Notes: generated by a model not told the origin, from the letters alone. Shown: positions 36,589 through 45,925, counted from the first letter of the stretch. The stretch is DNA of 56,212 nucleotides from Methanocellales archaeon (GCA_038850285.1 JAWCMA010000003.1:1-56212); one strand, 5' to 3'. Translations and numbers: made by a program.

Positions 36589-38589
36589 TTACTTAATCTT
36601 AGTTCCACTTGGCACTTTTTTTTCAACCACAAGTAAAACCGGTTCTGTTTCTCCAGCAGCGAGTATCATCCCCTGGGATTCCAAGCCAAAGAGCTTGGCA
36701 GGCTTTAGGTTCACTAGCACTGCTACTTGTTTCCCAATCATTTCCTCAGGTTTATAGTTCCTAGCGAATCCACCTATTATCTGCCTAGGCTTTTCCTCTC
36801 CTATGTCTACTTCAAAGCGCAGCAGGTTTTTGCTCCCCTTAATCGGCTCTGCCTTTAATATAGTACCTGTTCTTATATCCAGTTTCTGGAATTCCTCGAT
36901 TGTAATTTCCTCCTTCATTTTCCTCACATCCTTGAGTTTTGCCTTCTCCCTCTCGATCTCCTCTCTTTCAATGATTCTGAAGAGCGGTTTCACCTCTTTC
37001 AATTGTTGATTAAGTGCAATTCTCTCGCTAGTGGAATACCAGCTTTGCTTGTGCACAGAGCTATCGTAGCCAAGCATGTGCCAGAGCTTCTCGGCTGAGA
37101 AGGGCAAGAATGGCGCTGATAGGATAGCTAGTGCTCTAGCGAGATTTGCAGCTGCATATAAAACCGTTGCTCCTCTTTTTCTATCGCTCTTCACAAGCCT
37201 CCAGGGTTCCATTTCATTTAAATATTGATTGCCCGCGGTGGCAAGTTGCATTAATCTATTCAATGCGCGTTTGAATTCAAATTTCTCAATGAATTCTCCA
37301 ATTTCCCTCTCTGCTTTTTTGATCTCTTCAAATAGCTTGAGATCCCTCTCCTGAAATTCCCCTGGCTCTGGAATCCTTGCTTGGAAGAATCGCTCGATGA
37401 AGGTGAGCACTCTATGGGCGAAGTTGCCAAAAGTGGAGACCAGCTCTTCATTATTTCTCCTTTGAAATTCATCCCAAGTAAAATCTGCATCCCTTGTCTC
37501 AGGCATGTTTATGGTAAGCGCGTATCTCAAAGGATCAGACTCAAAAGTAGCTAGGTAATCGTTCAGCCACACTGCGTAGTTTCTGCTGGTTGAAAACTTG
37601 CTTCCCTGAAGATTGAGGAATTCATTAGCTGGTACATTGCTAGGTAGATTGAGATCGCCATGCGCAAGCAGCATGGCTGGCCAGATTATGGTGTGGAATG
37701 GAATGTTATCCTTGCCTATGAAGTAGTAAATCTCCGCCTCTTTATTCTGCCAGTACTGCTTCCAGTCATCGCTGCCTTTGAAATATTCCTTGGTGGCTGA
37801 GAGATAGCCAATTACTGCATCGAACCAGACATAGATAACCTTGCCCTTCGCATTCTCAAGTGGAACTTGTACTCCCCATTCAAGGTCGCGGGTAATTGGT
37901 CTATCCACTAAGCCTTCTTTAAGCCAGTTAATGGTGAAGGTATAAACATTGGGCTTGAAAACACTGCTCTTGGATTCAACCCATTTTATCAATTGGTCTT
38001 GAAATGCTGAGAGCTTGAAGAAATAATGCTCACTTTCCCTCGCAACTGGTCTAGAGCTGCAGTGCTTGCAGTAGGGATCGATTAGCTCTAGGGGATCTAA
38101 AGTGCGCCCGCAGGCATCACATTGATCGCCTCTCGCGCCTTCTGCTCCACATCTAGGGCATTTTCCCTCGATATAGCGATCGGGTAGAAATTTTCTGCAG
38201 TTTGGGCAAAAAGGTAAAAGCATGCTTTTTTTATAAATATATCCTTTTTCATAGAGCTTGAGGAAAAATGCTTGAACAGTTTCATAGTGGTTTTCAGTGG
38301 TGGTTCGAGTGAATAAATCATAAGAGCAGCCCAGTGCCTCTAAGCTTTGAGCTATGATCTGGTAATATTTATCCACAATTTCGCGAGGCGTGGTTTTTTC
38401 AACCTCTGCTCTTACTGAAATTGGCGTGCCATGTTCATCTGTACCGCTCACCATTATCGCCTCGCTGCCTATCATGCGTTGATAGCGCACGAAGATGTCT
38501 GCGGGTAAATAGCAGCCTGCAATGTGACCTAGGTGGAGCGGTCCATTGGCATAGGGCCAAGCTGTTGTAACCAGCACTTTCCTCTGCAT
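36589..38589 (-). CDS. metG: methionyl-tRNA synthetase with C-terminal tRNA-binding (Trbp111/EMAP-like) domain
   Basis: HIGH variant PLHLGH, KMSKS variant KFSTS, CPNC/CPRC/CDAC/CKHC zinc knuckles, C-terminal LVNLKPAKLFG.ESQGMIL. Confidence 0.96.
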   Translation of the reverse strand: MQRKVLVTTAWPYANGPLHLGHIAGCYLPADIFVRYQRMIGSEAIMVSGTDEHGTPISVRAEVEKTTPREIVDKYYQIIAQSLEALGCSYDLFTRTTTENHYETVQAFFLKLYEKGYIYKKSMLLPFCPNCRKFLPDRYIEGKCPRCGAEGARGDQCDACGRTLDPLELIDPYCKHCSSRPVARESEHYFFKLSAFQDQLIKWVESKSSVFKPNVYTFTINWLKEGLVDRPITRDLEWGVQVPLENAKGKVIYVWFDAVIGYLSATKEYFKGSDDWKQYWQNKEAEIYYFIGKDNIPFHTIIWPAMLLAHGDLNLPSNVPANEFLNLQGSKFSTSRNYAVWLNDYLATFESDPLRYALTINMPETRDADFTWDEFQRRNNEELVSTFGNFAHRVLTFIERFFQARIPEPGEFQERDLKLFEEIKKAEREIGEFIEKFEFKRALNRLMQLATAGNQYLNEMEPWRLVKSDRKRGATVLYAAANLARALAILSAPFLPFSAEKLWHMLGYDSSVHKQSWYSTSERIALNQQLKEVKPLFRIIEREEIEREKAKLKDVRKMKEEITIEEFQKLDIRTGTILKAEPIKGSKNLLRFEVDIGEEKPRQIIGGFARNYKPEEMIGKQVAVLVNLKPAKLFGLESQGMILAAGETEPVLLVVEKKVPSGTKIK

Positions 38590-38627
38590 AGCTAGGCTAT
38601 TTCAGAAATTAGGTATTTAAAGATATT

Positions 38628-38800
38628 GCACTTGCGCGCTTGCGCCTTGAGCCCTTTTTACCAGTATTACCAATAAATAAATTATAATGCACGCTCGTGC
38701 ATCAGTCATTGAAAGTGCCCTCGCGTGTGACATCCTCGCTTATCTCAGCTGCTTCTCGCCTGCCTGCTACAGCTGAGAGAGCGGCTATTAACATTTGGCC
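38628..38800. other. GC-rich stem-loop island in otherwise AT-rich intergenic DNA (candidate small structured RNA or regulatory region)
   Basis: Tandem CTTGCGC at 38631-38637 and 38639-38645. Hairpin GCAC-GCTC-GTGC at 38689-38700. An 8-bp stem CTCAGCTG/CAGCTGAG at 38744-38751 and 38770-38777 has an 18-nt loop. The strand is unresolved. Confidence 0.3.
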
Positions 38801-38807
38801 AAGTTGG

Positions 38808-39041
38808 TTAAGAACGATCGATATATATCTCTGCAGCATATTTTTCAGCTGGATAGGCTCTGCTCTGGATCAAGTAATTTCTTTCCAACAGTAGATCTAA
38901 ATAGTCGCTCATTATTTCTCTAGCTTTTTTATCCGATTCAAGTGGCTTCAGGCATTCTTCGATTTTCAACTCCCATTTTTCACTCGAGAAAGCATCTTTA
39001 AAGAAAAGCCTTTTTCCTTTTCCCTCGGTACTTGCAATCAT
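38808..39041 (-). CDS. hypothetical protein (77 aa)
   Basis: ORF with protein-like composition. No family recognised. Confidence 0.35.
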   Translation of the reverse strand: MIASTEGKGKRLFFKDAFSSEKWELKIEECLKPLESDKKAREIMSDYLDLLLERNYLIQSRAYPAEKYAAEIYIDRS

Positions 39042-39131
39042 ATCTATATCCTTAATTTAGTATAAGATTTCACCTTAAATTCGCGCTTAAATAAGTTTAT
39101 TTATTTTCACAGCAATATTTATTAAGGAGAC

Positions 39132-39452
39132 ATGCGATTAAGAAATGCTTTGATTTTGCCCGCAGTGTTATTAATGGCTTCAGGCATTGCTTCAGCGCAG
39201 CCTCTTTCAGGACTGCTCGGTCTTTTTGAAACTGATCCGATTTTGCGTCTTTATGCTGCAGCTGCTTTCTTTTTGATCATAGCCGTGGAATTTTATTTAC
39301 TGGGTTATTTAATGCGCCGGGAAAAGCTTAAGAGTAAGGTAAAATTCATATGTTTCAACTGCGGCTATTCCGTGAACTCTGCACGTGCCTTGAAATCCGA
39401 GGTTTGCCCAGATTGCAAGCGGAAAACAACTTGGATGGAAATCGATGCTTAG
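39132..39452 (+). CDS. secreted/membrane protein with C-terminal zinc ribbon
   Basis: Sec-type signal peptide (LLMASGIASAQ), one TM segment, then CFNC...CPDC. Confidence 0.5.
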   Translation: MRLRNALILPAVLLMASGIASAQPLSGLLGLFETDPILRLYAAAAFFLIIAVEFYLLGYLMRREKLKSKVKFICFNCGYSVNSARALKSEVCPDCKRKTTWMEIDA

Positions 39453-39667
39453 GGGATCCATTTTATCCAGTGTCTGCATTTTGGGCATCTTGCATATTCA
39501 AACCAGTCACCGTTAACTGTGTAAAAAGGGATATTTACTCTGATATCTAGTGCTAGATATTTAGAGTAATATTTTTTGGGTATATCAAATACCACTGTAA
39601 CTCTTTCCTTGCAAAATTCACAGGTTCTAATGAGATTTTTGTTTAAATATTGCAATTCGTCATTCAT
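39449..39667 (-). CDS. small zinc-ribbon protein
   Basis: CEFC...CPKC. Its stop overlaps the stop of the convergent gene. Confidence 0.45.
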   Translation of the reverse strand: MNDELQYLNKNLIRTCEFCKERVTVVFDIPKKYYSKYLALDIRVNIPFYTVNGDWFEYARCPKCRHWIKWIP

Positions 39668-39720
39668 TTTTTATAAAAATTGGTATTAATTTACAAAATA
39701 TTAATAATTTTTGGTTATTA

Positions 39721-40359
39721 TTAAAAGTAGCAAAAAACTGGTTGAAAAGCAAGACCGCTAGATCCCTCATAAGAAAACCAGAAAAAATCATCGCTTGTCC
39801 ATGGATATCCTCTAGGTACATAGTAATCATAAAAAGCAGTTTTATTCAAAATTAATCCCGCGGTTGGATCGTAAACCATATCATTAATTTCCACCCAAGC
39901 ATGGCCTGTTCCATAGCAGGCAAGGAGCAAGGATAAGTTGGATTTATTCAACTGCGAGGTGTAATTTATATTCACATTTCCAAGCACAACTTTAACATAA
40001 TTCTTTTTATTATATGGCTCCCCCAAGTAATATGCTGCAGATGCAAATGCAATTGCTTTATCCTCGCAATCGCCAGCTTTATTGACATAAAACTCACTAG
40101 CTCTTGCGTAGTGATCAAAGCAGTGATATAGCTCTTGATCGCTAGCATAAGGCAAGCTATGAATGTAATAAAAGTTCTCCAACAGCGTTGAATTCGACCC
40201 AGCGCAATTAAACCACTGCCCGCGATCGCCATCTCTCACTTTTTCTATAAACCAGAAATAATATTCACCAACTGGCTCGCGGTGCAGCAGCTCGTCATGC
40301 ACCAGCGTAGAAATTATTAAGCTGGAGATTAAAATTGCCATCAATATTAATGCTCTCAA
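39721..40359 (-). CDS. transglutaminase-like cysteine protease-fold protein, N-terminally anchored
   Basis: N-terminal hydrophobic anchor and a Cys-His-Asp core: GDCEDKAIAF, GHAWVEI, YDPT. Confidence 0.75.
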   Translation of the reverse strand: MRALILMAILISSLIISTLVHDELLHREPVGEYYFWFIEKVRDGDRGQWFNCAGSNSTLLENFYYIHSLPYASDQELYHCFDHYARASEFYVNKAGDCEDKAIAFASAAYYLGEPYNKKNYVKVVLGNVNINYTSQLNKSNLSLLLACYGTGHAWVEINDMVYDPTAGLILNKTAFYDYYVPRGYPWTSDDFFWFSYEGSSGLAFQPVFCYF

Positions 40360-41399
40360 AAAATTCTCAGCACCTCCTCTCTAGCTGCATTTACAAATAT
40401 ACCTCGAATTGGTATCTCACTCTTGCAATTCAAGCATTTCTTATCAAGCGAGATATTATGAAAAGCTATATAAGGCCCAGTTCTTTCTATGAGCAGTGAA
40501 TTGCAACTTGAGCAGTAAGTGCTTTCAAAGCGATGGCCTCGAACATTTCCAATATATACAAATTCCAAGCCCATTCCGCAAGCAATTTCTCGAGCTTTCT
40601 CAAGAGTTTTCACAGGAGTTGGATAGAGATAAAAAAGCTTGTAAGCTGGATAGAAGCGCGGGAAATGCAGTGGAGTTATTTCACCTAAATTATCGCGAAC
40701 CCACTTCGCGAGAGCTTCAATATCTCGCCTTGAATCATTTTTCCTAGGAACTAGAAGATTTACAGCTTCCACGTGCAAGCCAATTTCCCTAGCTAGTTTC
40801 GCGCTCTCAAGCACTGGCTCGAGCTTGGCAGAGCAAATTCCTCTATAAAATTCTTCGCTCATTGCTTTTAAATCAACGCGATAAGCGTCGAGATAAGGAC
40901 TTATTATCTTTAAAGCCTCGGGGGTTAGAGAGCCATTTGTAATTAGTACTATATAGAGGCCTTTATTTTTCGCTAGCTTTGCGCAATCATAGATATATTC
41001 AAACCAAATCGCTGGCTCATTATAGGTAAAGGAAATTCCCTGCGCATAGGAATAAGCTATCTCCACTGCAAGCTCTGGGGGATATACCTCCCTGCTTTAT
41101 TGGGAATTCTAGCTTGAGAAATAGAGCAGTTCTGGCATATTTAATTGAAAATTACAGCCAAATGTACCGAGGGAATAAACATTGCTCCCGGGATAGAAAT
41201 GATAAAGGGGTTTTTTCTCAATGGGATCTATGGCTTCTTCTGAAACCAAGCCATAAACCTTACTATAGAGTTTGCCGTTGAGATTTACTCTGGTATTGCA
41301 ATACCTTTTTATCCTCGAGGATGAGACATCTTCTAAGCAAGTGCTGCATCTCACCTTATTGTCTTCTAATTTCTCATAGAGTAAAGCTTCCTTAAGCAT
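40356..41399 (-). pseudogene. AmmeMemoRadiSam-type radical SAM enzyme (PflA-like activase family), disrupted
   Basis: The N-terminal ORF (41109-41399) ends ...DPIEKKPLYHFYPGSNVYSLGTFGCNFQLNMPELLYFSS*. The C-terminal ORF (40356-41066) carries FTYNEPAIWFEY... and the rest of the fold in the same frame. The expected CQNxxISQ segment is readable only in another frame between about 41081 and 41140. See findings. Confidence 0.8.
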
Positions 41400-43201
41400 T
41401 ATAGCTTCTCGAATCGATCTTTCCTTTCCAAATTAGCTTTAAGCTCGCTATCATACAAATTTCCAATGTCGATTCTTGTGATAATTCCCACGAGCTTCTC
41501 AGGATTTGATAGCTCTACCACTGGCAATCTGCCTATTTCATTGCCCACCATTTTCATGAAAGCATCATAGAGTGATTCATCTGGCTTGGCTATGATCACA
41601 TCCTTACTCATCTTAGATTCCACCGGTGTTTTTCTCCAGAGTTCTTTAGGTATTTGCATGATATCTGTTAATGTGATCACGCCCTTGATCTTGTTATCTT
41701 CAATAACAGGCAAGCCTTTAATTTTATGTCTCTTTAAAAGTTCAGCTGCTGCTTCAAGAGTGGTATTTGGAGCAATAGTGATCACATTTCTAGTCATGGC
41801 ATCTTTGACCTTCAAGCGCTGAAGGAGCGGAGTGGAATATTCGACTCTATGCGCTGGAGACTCGGCTCTTGAAGCGAGTTGGCTTTGATAGATCGTGTTC
41901 TTACCAGTGAGCACATAGGCAATAACAACCGCCACCATCGAGGGTAAGAATAATGCATAGCTCCAAGTCATCTCGCTCACCATGAGTATAACGGCTATTG
42001 GTGCTTTGCCAACGCCTCCAAAGAATGCCATCATGCCCACGATTACAAATGCAGCAGGCATCAAATCTGGGTGGGGATTTATTAAAGTGCAAGCATACCA
42101 CACTGCTCCTCCCGTCATCCCCCCGATGAAAAGCGAGGGAGCAAATACTCCACCGCTGCCTCCTGATCCTATTGATAGCGAGGTTGCAAGGATTTTAGCG
42201 AATATGAGAATGAAGATTATATGCATAGGCAAAATCGTGAAATTGCCCTGCATGGCTAATTGGAGCCAGCCATAGCCCATGCCAAGTACTTGAGGCAGAA
42301 ATATCCCGATAACTCCAACTGCAAATCCACCTATAGCTGGCTTGAGATAATTGGGAATTTTTAATCTATGGAAGAAACTTCTGAATCCATAGAAAGCTTT
42401 TATATAAACTATTCCAATCAATCCGCATACCAAGCCCAGCAATGCATAGGCTGGAAGTATTTCAGGACTGGTGAAGGAAAAACCAATTACATGCCCAAAT
42501 ATTGGCTCCCAGCCCTTTATTGAGGCGAATAGACTATAAGCTACGCTCGATGCTATAAACCCTGGAACCAGAGCTTCAACCTCGAAGTCCTCTCGATATA
42601 GAATTTCAGCGCTTAGCAACGCTCCTCCCATTGGGGCTTTGAATATAGCGCCCACGCCAGCCCCCATTCCACACGCGAGAGCTATTCTTCTATCTCGTGC
42701 ACTTAAATTCAGCATCCTTGCTAGAAAAGAGCCAAAACCAGCTCCTATTTGAGCAATAGGCCCCTCTCTTCCAGCACTTCCTCCCGAGCCTATGATCAAA
42801 GCCGAGGCTATCAATTTCACAAGTGGAACTCTAGATTTTATCTCCCCCTTTTTATGGTGAAATGCATCTATAGCTGCATCCGTTCCGTGGCCCTCTGCTT
42901 CCGGAGCTATGGTATAAACTATGAGTCCGCTGAGAAACCCTCCTAGTGCTGCAATTAATGGGAGGAAATAGGGATTAAGGGGATAAGTAGCAATAGTTGT
43001 TCCCTCTCCCATTGGTGAAGGTGGTAGATATCCAGCGCCAGCGCCTAGGAAAAATGAGGTAGCTAGGGATATTGCCTCATAGAAAATAATAGCTCCAATT
43101 CCGGCAACTATTCCAATTACTATGCTTATTGGAACCCATTTTCGCAGATAGCGAAATTCAACTATTTCCATAACAGGTGCATAGCGCGTCTTAGCTTTCA
43201 T
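41399..43201 (-). CDS. ClC-family chloride channel/antiporter with C-terminal CBS pair
   Basis: GSGGSAGREGP selectivity motif, GGVFAPSLFIG, and two CBS repeats at the C-terminus. Confidence 0.93.
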   Translation of the reverse strand: MKAKTRYAPVMEIVEFRYLRKWVPISIVIGIVAGIGAIIFYEAISLATSFFLGAGAGYLPPSPMGEGTTIATYPLNPYFLPLIAALGGFLSGLIVYTIAPEAEGHGTDAAIDAFHHKKGEIKSRVPLVKLIASALIIGSGGSAGREGPIAQIGAGFGSFLARMLNLSARDRRIALACGMGAGVGAIFKAPMGGALLSAEILYREDFEVEALVPGFIASSVAYSLFASIKGWEPIFGHVIGFSFTSPEILPAYALLGLVCGLIGIVYIKAFYGFRSFFHRLKIPNYLKPAIGGFAVGVIGIFLPQVLGMGYGWLQLAMQGNFTILPMHIIFILIFAKILATSLSIGSGGSGGVFAPSLFIGGMTGGAVWYACTLINPHPDLMPAAFVIVGMMAFFGGVGKAPIAVILMVSEMTWSYALFLPSMVAVVIAYVLTGKNTIYQSQLASRAESPAHRVEYSTPLLQRLKVKDAMTRNVITIAPNTTLEAAAELLKRHKIKGLPVIEDNKIKGVITLTDIMQIPKELWRKTPVESKMSKDVIIAKPDESLYDAFMKMVGNEIGRLPVVELSNPEKLVGIITRIDIGNLYDSELKANLERKDRFEKL

Positions 43202-43212
43202 CGCTTACCCTC

Positions 43213-43407
43213 TTATTCTCTGCGAGCTCTATCAAATAGCGCTCCTCCGAGTACGAATAAGATGAACATCAATGCGAATAGAAATAATGGGTCGCGAAAG
43301 CTGATTTGCGGAAGCTCTATCTCGGGTGGGCCAAGTAAGAGTATGATTATTGCAATGGCTAGTAGAATACTCAATATCATGGTTGGAATAGGAACTTTTC
43401 TCTTCAT
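43213..43407 (-). CDS. small two-TM membrane protein
   Basis: 64-aa ORF with two hydrophobic helices, 11 nt upstream of the ClC gene. Confidence 0.4.
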   Translation of the reverse strand: MKRKVPIPTMILSILLAIAIIILLLGPPEIELPQISFRDPLFLFALMFILFVLGGALFDRARRE

Positions 43408-43520
43408 CGCGAATGTAGATAATTTTCAGCTTTACTTTATTTATGCTTTTTTATGCTCTTTGCACTATAAGTGTAAAATTTCTTTTACATTTACAGTTTT
43501 GAACAAGTTATTTAAGATTA

Positions 43521-43550
43521 AATATCTAAATAGATCTAAATAGATCTAAA
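43521..43550. repeat. short AT-rich tandem repeat (10-nt unit)
   Basis: AATATCTAAA-TAGATCTAAA-TAGATCTAAA. Confidence 0.6.
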
Positions 43551-43674
43551 TATTAAATATTAATATCTAATTTTTCTATCAGTAACCAAGTCGCAGAGTA
43601 TTAAATCTCTAAAAATAGAGCTTTCCTCTTGAGGCTCGAAGTCGAAATCAAATTTGCAGTAATGGCAGAGATCT

Positions 43675-43995
43675 TCACTTTTGATCTCTCCACTTGAAGC
43701 CTTCGCAGAAAGCGCTCATAATTGTCCAGTCAAACTCGCTTGCTACTTGCAATCTTTTATATTTTTTACAGTAAATCACGTATTTGAAATGCACAAATGC
43801 AAGGATTGCATCAGATTTTTCTTGCTTCACAATTTCATTGAAATCGGTTTCACAATGCTCGCATCCATAGCACCATTCCTCTGGAATCATTACATCAAGA
43901 TCATTCTTGCTCGTATAATAATCATTTGCCTGTTTACAAACAAAGTTTATGCTGCATAAGTTCTTTTCTCTGTTTGATGAGAAAGTATAATGCAA
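43675..43995 (-). CDS. Cys-rich hypothetical protein
   Basis: ORF containing WCYGCEHC. The start is uncertain, with an alternative ATG at 43890. An antisense ORF of similar size also exists. Confidence 0.3.
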   Translation of the reverse strand: MHYTFSSNREKNLCSINFVCKQANDYYTSKNDLDVMIPEEWCYGCEHCETDFNEIVKQEKSDAILAFVHFKYVIYCKKYKRLQVASEFDWTIMSAFCEGFKWRDQK

Positions 43996-44539
43996 TTTTA
44001 CTGCTATTATTGTTTTCAGCGCTTGTTGGCAGCTTCAAGAAAATTCGCTGGTCAAGATTGTTAACTTCACAGCCAGCAGAGGTTCGCTTAAAGAGGCTGA
44101 GTTTATTGAACTATCTGTTACTCTTAAGAATTTCGGGAGCGTAAATGAAAAAATTAGTTTGAGTGTTGATTCTAGAGATCTAGCAGTTGCACCATCTTCC
44201 CTTGATTATGAATTCAAGTCTTTCGAGGAGAAAACATTTGAATTCCGCCTCATAGGTGGTGATGCGGAAGAGCCCAAAACAGTTTACTATACTGTGATTG
44301 CAAATGGCACAAATAGCTGGGATACTAAAACTGGCTTTCTAACTCTTGAGCCAAATCCAACCATGAGGTTCATTGTTAAATATTACCTACCGCTTCAAAT
44401 CGGCCTAGGTGGTGTAGCAGTGGTTTTGATTTATATCAATTATAAGGAGTATAAGAAGCGCAAGAGGCAGCGCGAGGGGATGGAAAAGAAAGAGATTCGG
44501 TTTAAAAAGAAGGTTAAGGGAAGAAGAGAGGTAAAGTAA
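43977..44539 (+). pseudogene. signal-peptide / beta-rich domain / C-terminal TM-anchor protein, apparently split by a 1-nt frameshift
   Basis: The ATG at 43977 encodes MRKYNAILLLLLFSALVGS. The frame of track ORF 44159-44539 is open back to 43991 and reads ...LVKIVNFTASRGSLKEAEFIELSVTLKNFGSVNEKISLSVDSRD... with no canonical start before the TTG at 44159. The C-terminus is a TM helix plus a K/R-rich tail. Confidence 0.45.
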
Positions 44540-44608
44540 AAATTTTTTCTCGAATGAATTAAAAAATTAAAAAAATTGGAATTGGTGTCTCTTTCAGAGA
44601 CCGTTTTT

Positions 44609-45883
44609 CTACTTCGCTGGTGCTGCTGCAGGTACCTCTACTGGTGGAGCTGGCCTCTTCATTACGAAGGATAGCCCAGCTGCGATGAAGTTCAATAAAG
44701 CTGCCACGTAGAAGGCTGTAATATAGGTTCCGGTGACTGTTCTAATGTAGCCAGCCATATATGGTCCTAGCACGCCTGCTGCGCCCCAAGCTGTGAACAC
44801 TGCGCCATAGTTCAATCCCAAGTTCTTAGTGCCGAAGAAGTCAGCTGTAATTGCTGGCATTAAGGCAAGCACGCCGCCGTAACACAGGCCTATGAATAAG
44901 CAAGTTAGGAATAGGCCTACTTCCTTTGCAGCTAAAACTAAGCCCTGTGCTCCAGCCATAAATAAGCCCATCACCAGAGCATCTATGACCATTGCGTTTC
45001 TTCTGCCAATTTTATCTGATAGCGCGCCGAAGCCCGGTCTTCCCAAGCCGTTGAAGAACGACAGGAAGCCAACTGCGAAAACAGCTGTTTCTCTAGCAAT
45101 TCCTGATTCTTGGGCAAATGGTGCCAACTGACCTATCATCAATAAGCCTGAGGCAGCGGTGAACCAATACCATAGCCAGATCAAAACGAATTGCGGTGTC
45201 TTGATCATCTCACGCCATACGTAGTCTTTATAAGCTGTAGTGGTTACCTTTGCGGTCGGAGGTGGCGGTGTCCAGCCTGAGGGCTTATATCCTGCAGGCG
45301 GGAACTTCAATACTTGTGCACTAGCGCAAACCACTATTAGGAATAGTATGCCCATATATAGGAAGGTAGCTCTCCAGCCAACTGATATGATTAATGAGTT
45401 AGCCAGCGGTGCTAGGAATAGCGCTCCCATGCCGAAGCCCATGACTATTAACCCAGTTACCAAGCCTCGTTTATCTGGGAACCATCTTACGCCAGTGGGA
45501 ATTGGACAGTTATATGCCAAGCCAATGCCTATGCCGCCGATCACGCCATAGCTGAGATAGAGCCATTCTAAGCTATTGGTTAGATAAGCGAGAATCCACG
45601 ATATTCCTAATATAGCGCCGCCTATGGTTGCAATTAGCCTCGGCCCTTTTTTGTCGACCCATCGACCAGATGGAATCATGCCAACTGCGAAGAAGATTAC
45701 CACAAGCGTAAATGTGAGCGATGTTTGTGCTCTTGTCCAACCATATTCTTTTTCAAGAGGTGCTACGAAGATTGACCAAGCGTAGATAACGCCCAGCATC
45801 AGGTTGATCAAGAAGCCTGCGATTACAAACTTCCAACGACCTCCTGCTCCTGCAGCTCTTTCATCGAGAAATTGTTCTGCCAT
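44609..45883 (-). CDS. MFS transporter, oxalate/formate antiporter (OFA)-like
   Basis: 12-TM profile. The loop 2-3 motif GRWVDKKGPR and overall pattern are typical of the OFA subfamily. Confidence 0.9.
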   Translation of the reverse strand: MAEQFLDERAAGAGGRWKFVIAGFLINLMLGVIYAWSIFVAPLEKEYGWTRAQTSLTFTLVVIFFAVGMIPSGRWVDKKGPRLIATIGGAILGISWILAYLTNSLEWLYLSYGVIGGIGIGLAYNCPIPTGVRWFPDKRGLVTGLIVMGFGMGALFLAPLANSLIISVGWRATFLYMGILFLIVVCASAQVLKFPPAGYKPSGWTPPPPTAKVTTTAYKDYVWREMIKTPQFVLIWLWYWFTAASGLLMIGQLAPFAQESGIARETAVFAVGFLSFFNGLGRPGFGALSDKIGRRNAMVIDALVMGLFMAGAQGLVLAAKEVGLFLTCLFIGLCYGGVLALMPAITADFFGTKNLGLNYGAVFTAWGAAGVLGPYMAGYIRTVTGTYITAFYVAALLNFIAAGLSFVMKRPAPPVEVPAAAPAK

Positions 45884-45925
45884 TTTTTCACCTCTTTATT
45901 TTTATTTTTTTTAACCCCTATACTA

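Noticed and set aside
41982-42275. 97-aa + strand ORF
   Set aside because: It is antisense to the ClC channel gene.
43521-43560. Possible CRISPR-like repeats
   Set aside because: These are only three contiguous 10-nt AT-rich units with no spacers, so it is a simple tandem repeat. No CRISPR array is visible anywhere in the window.
45240-45551. 103-aa + strand ORF
   Set aside because: It is antisense to the MFS transporter.
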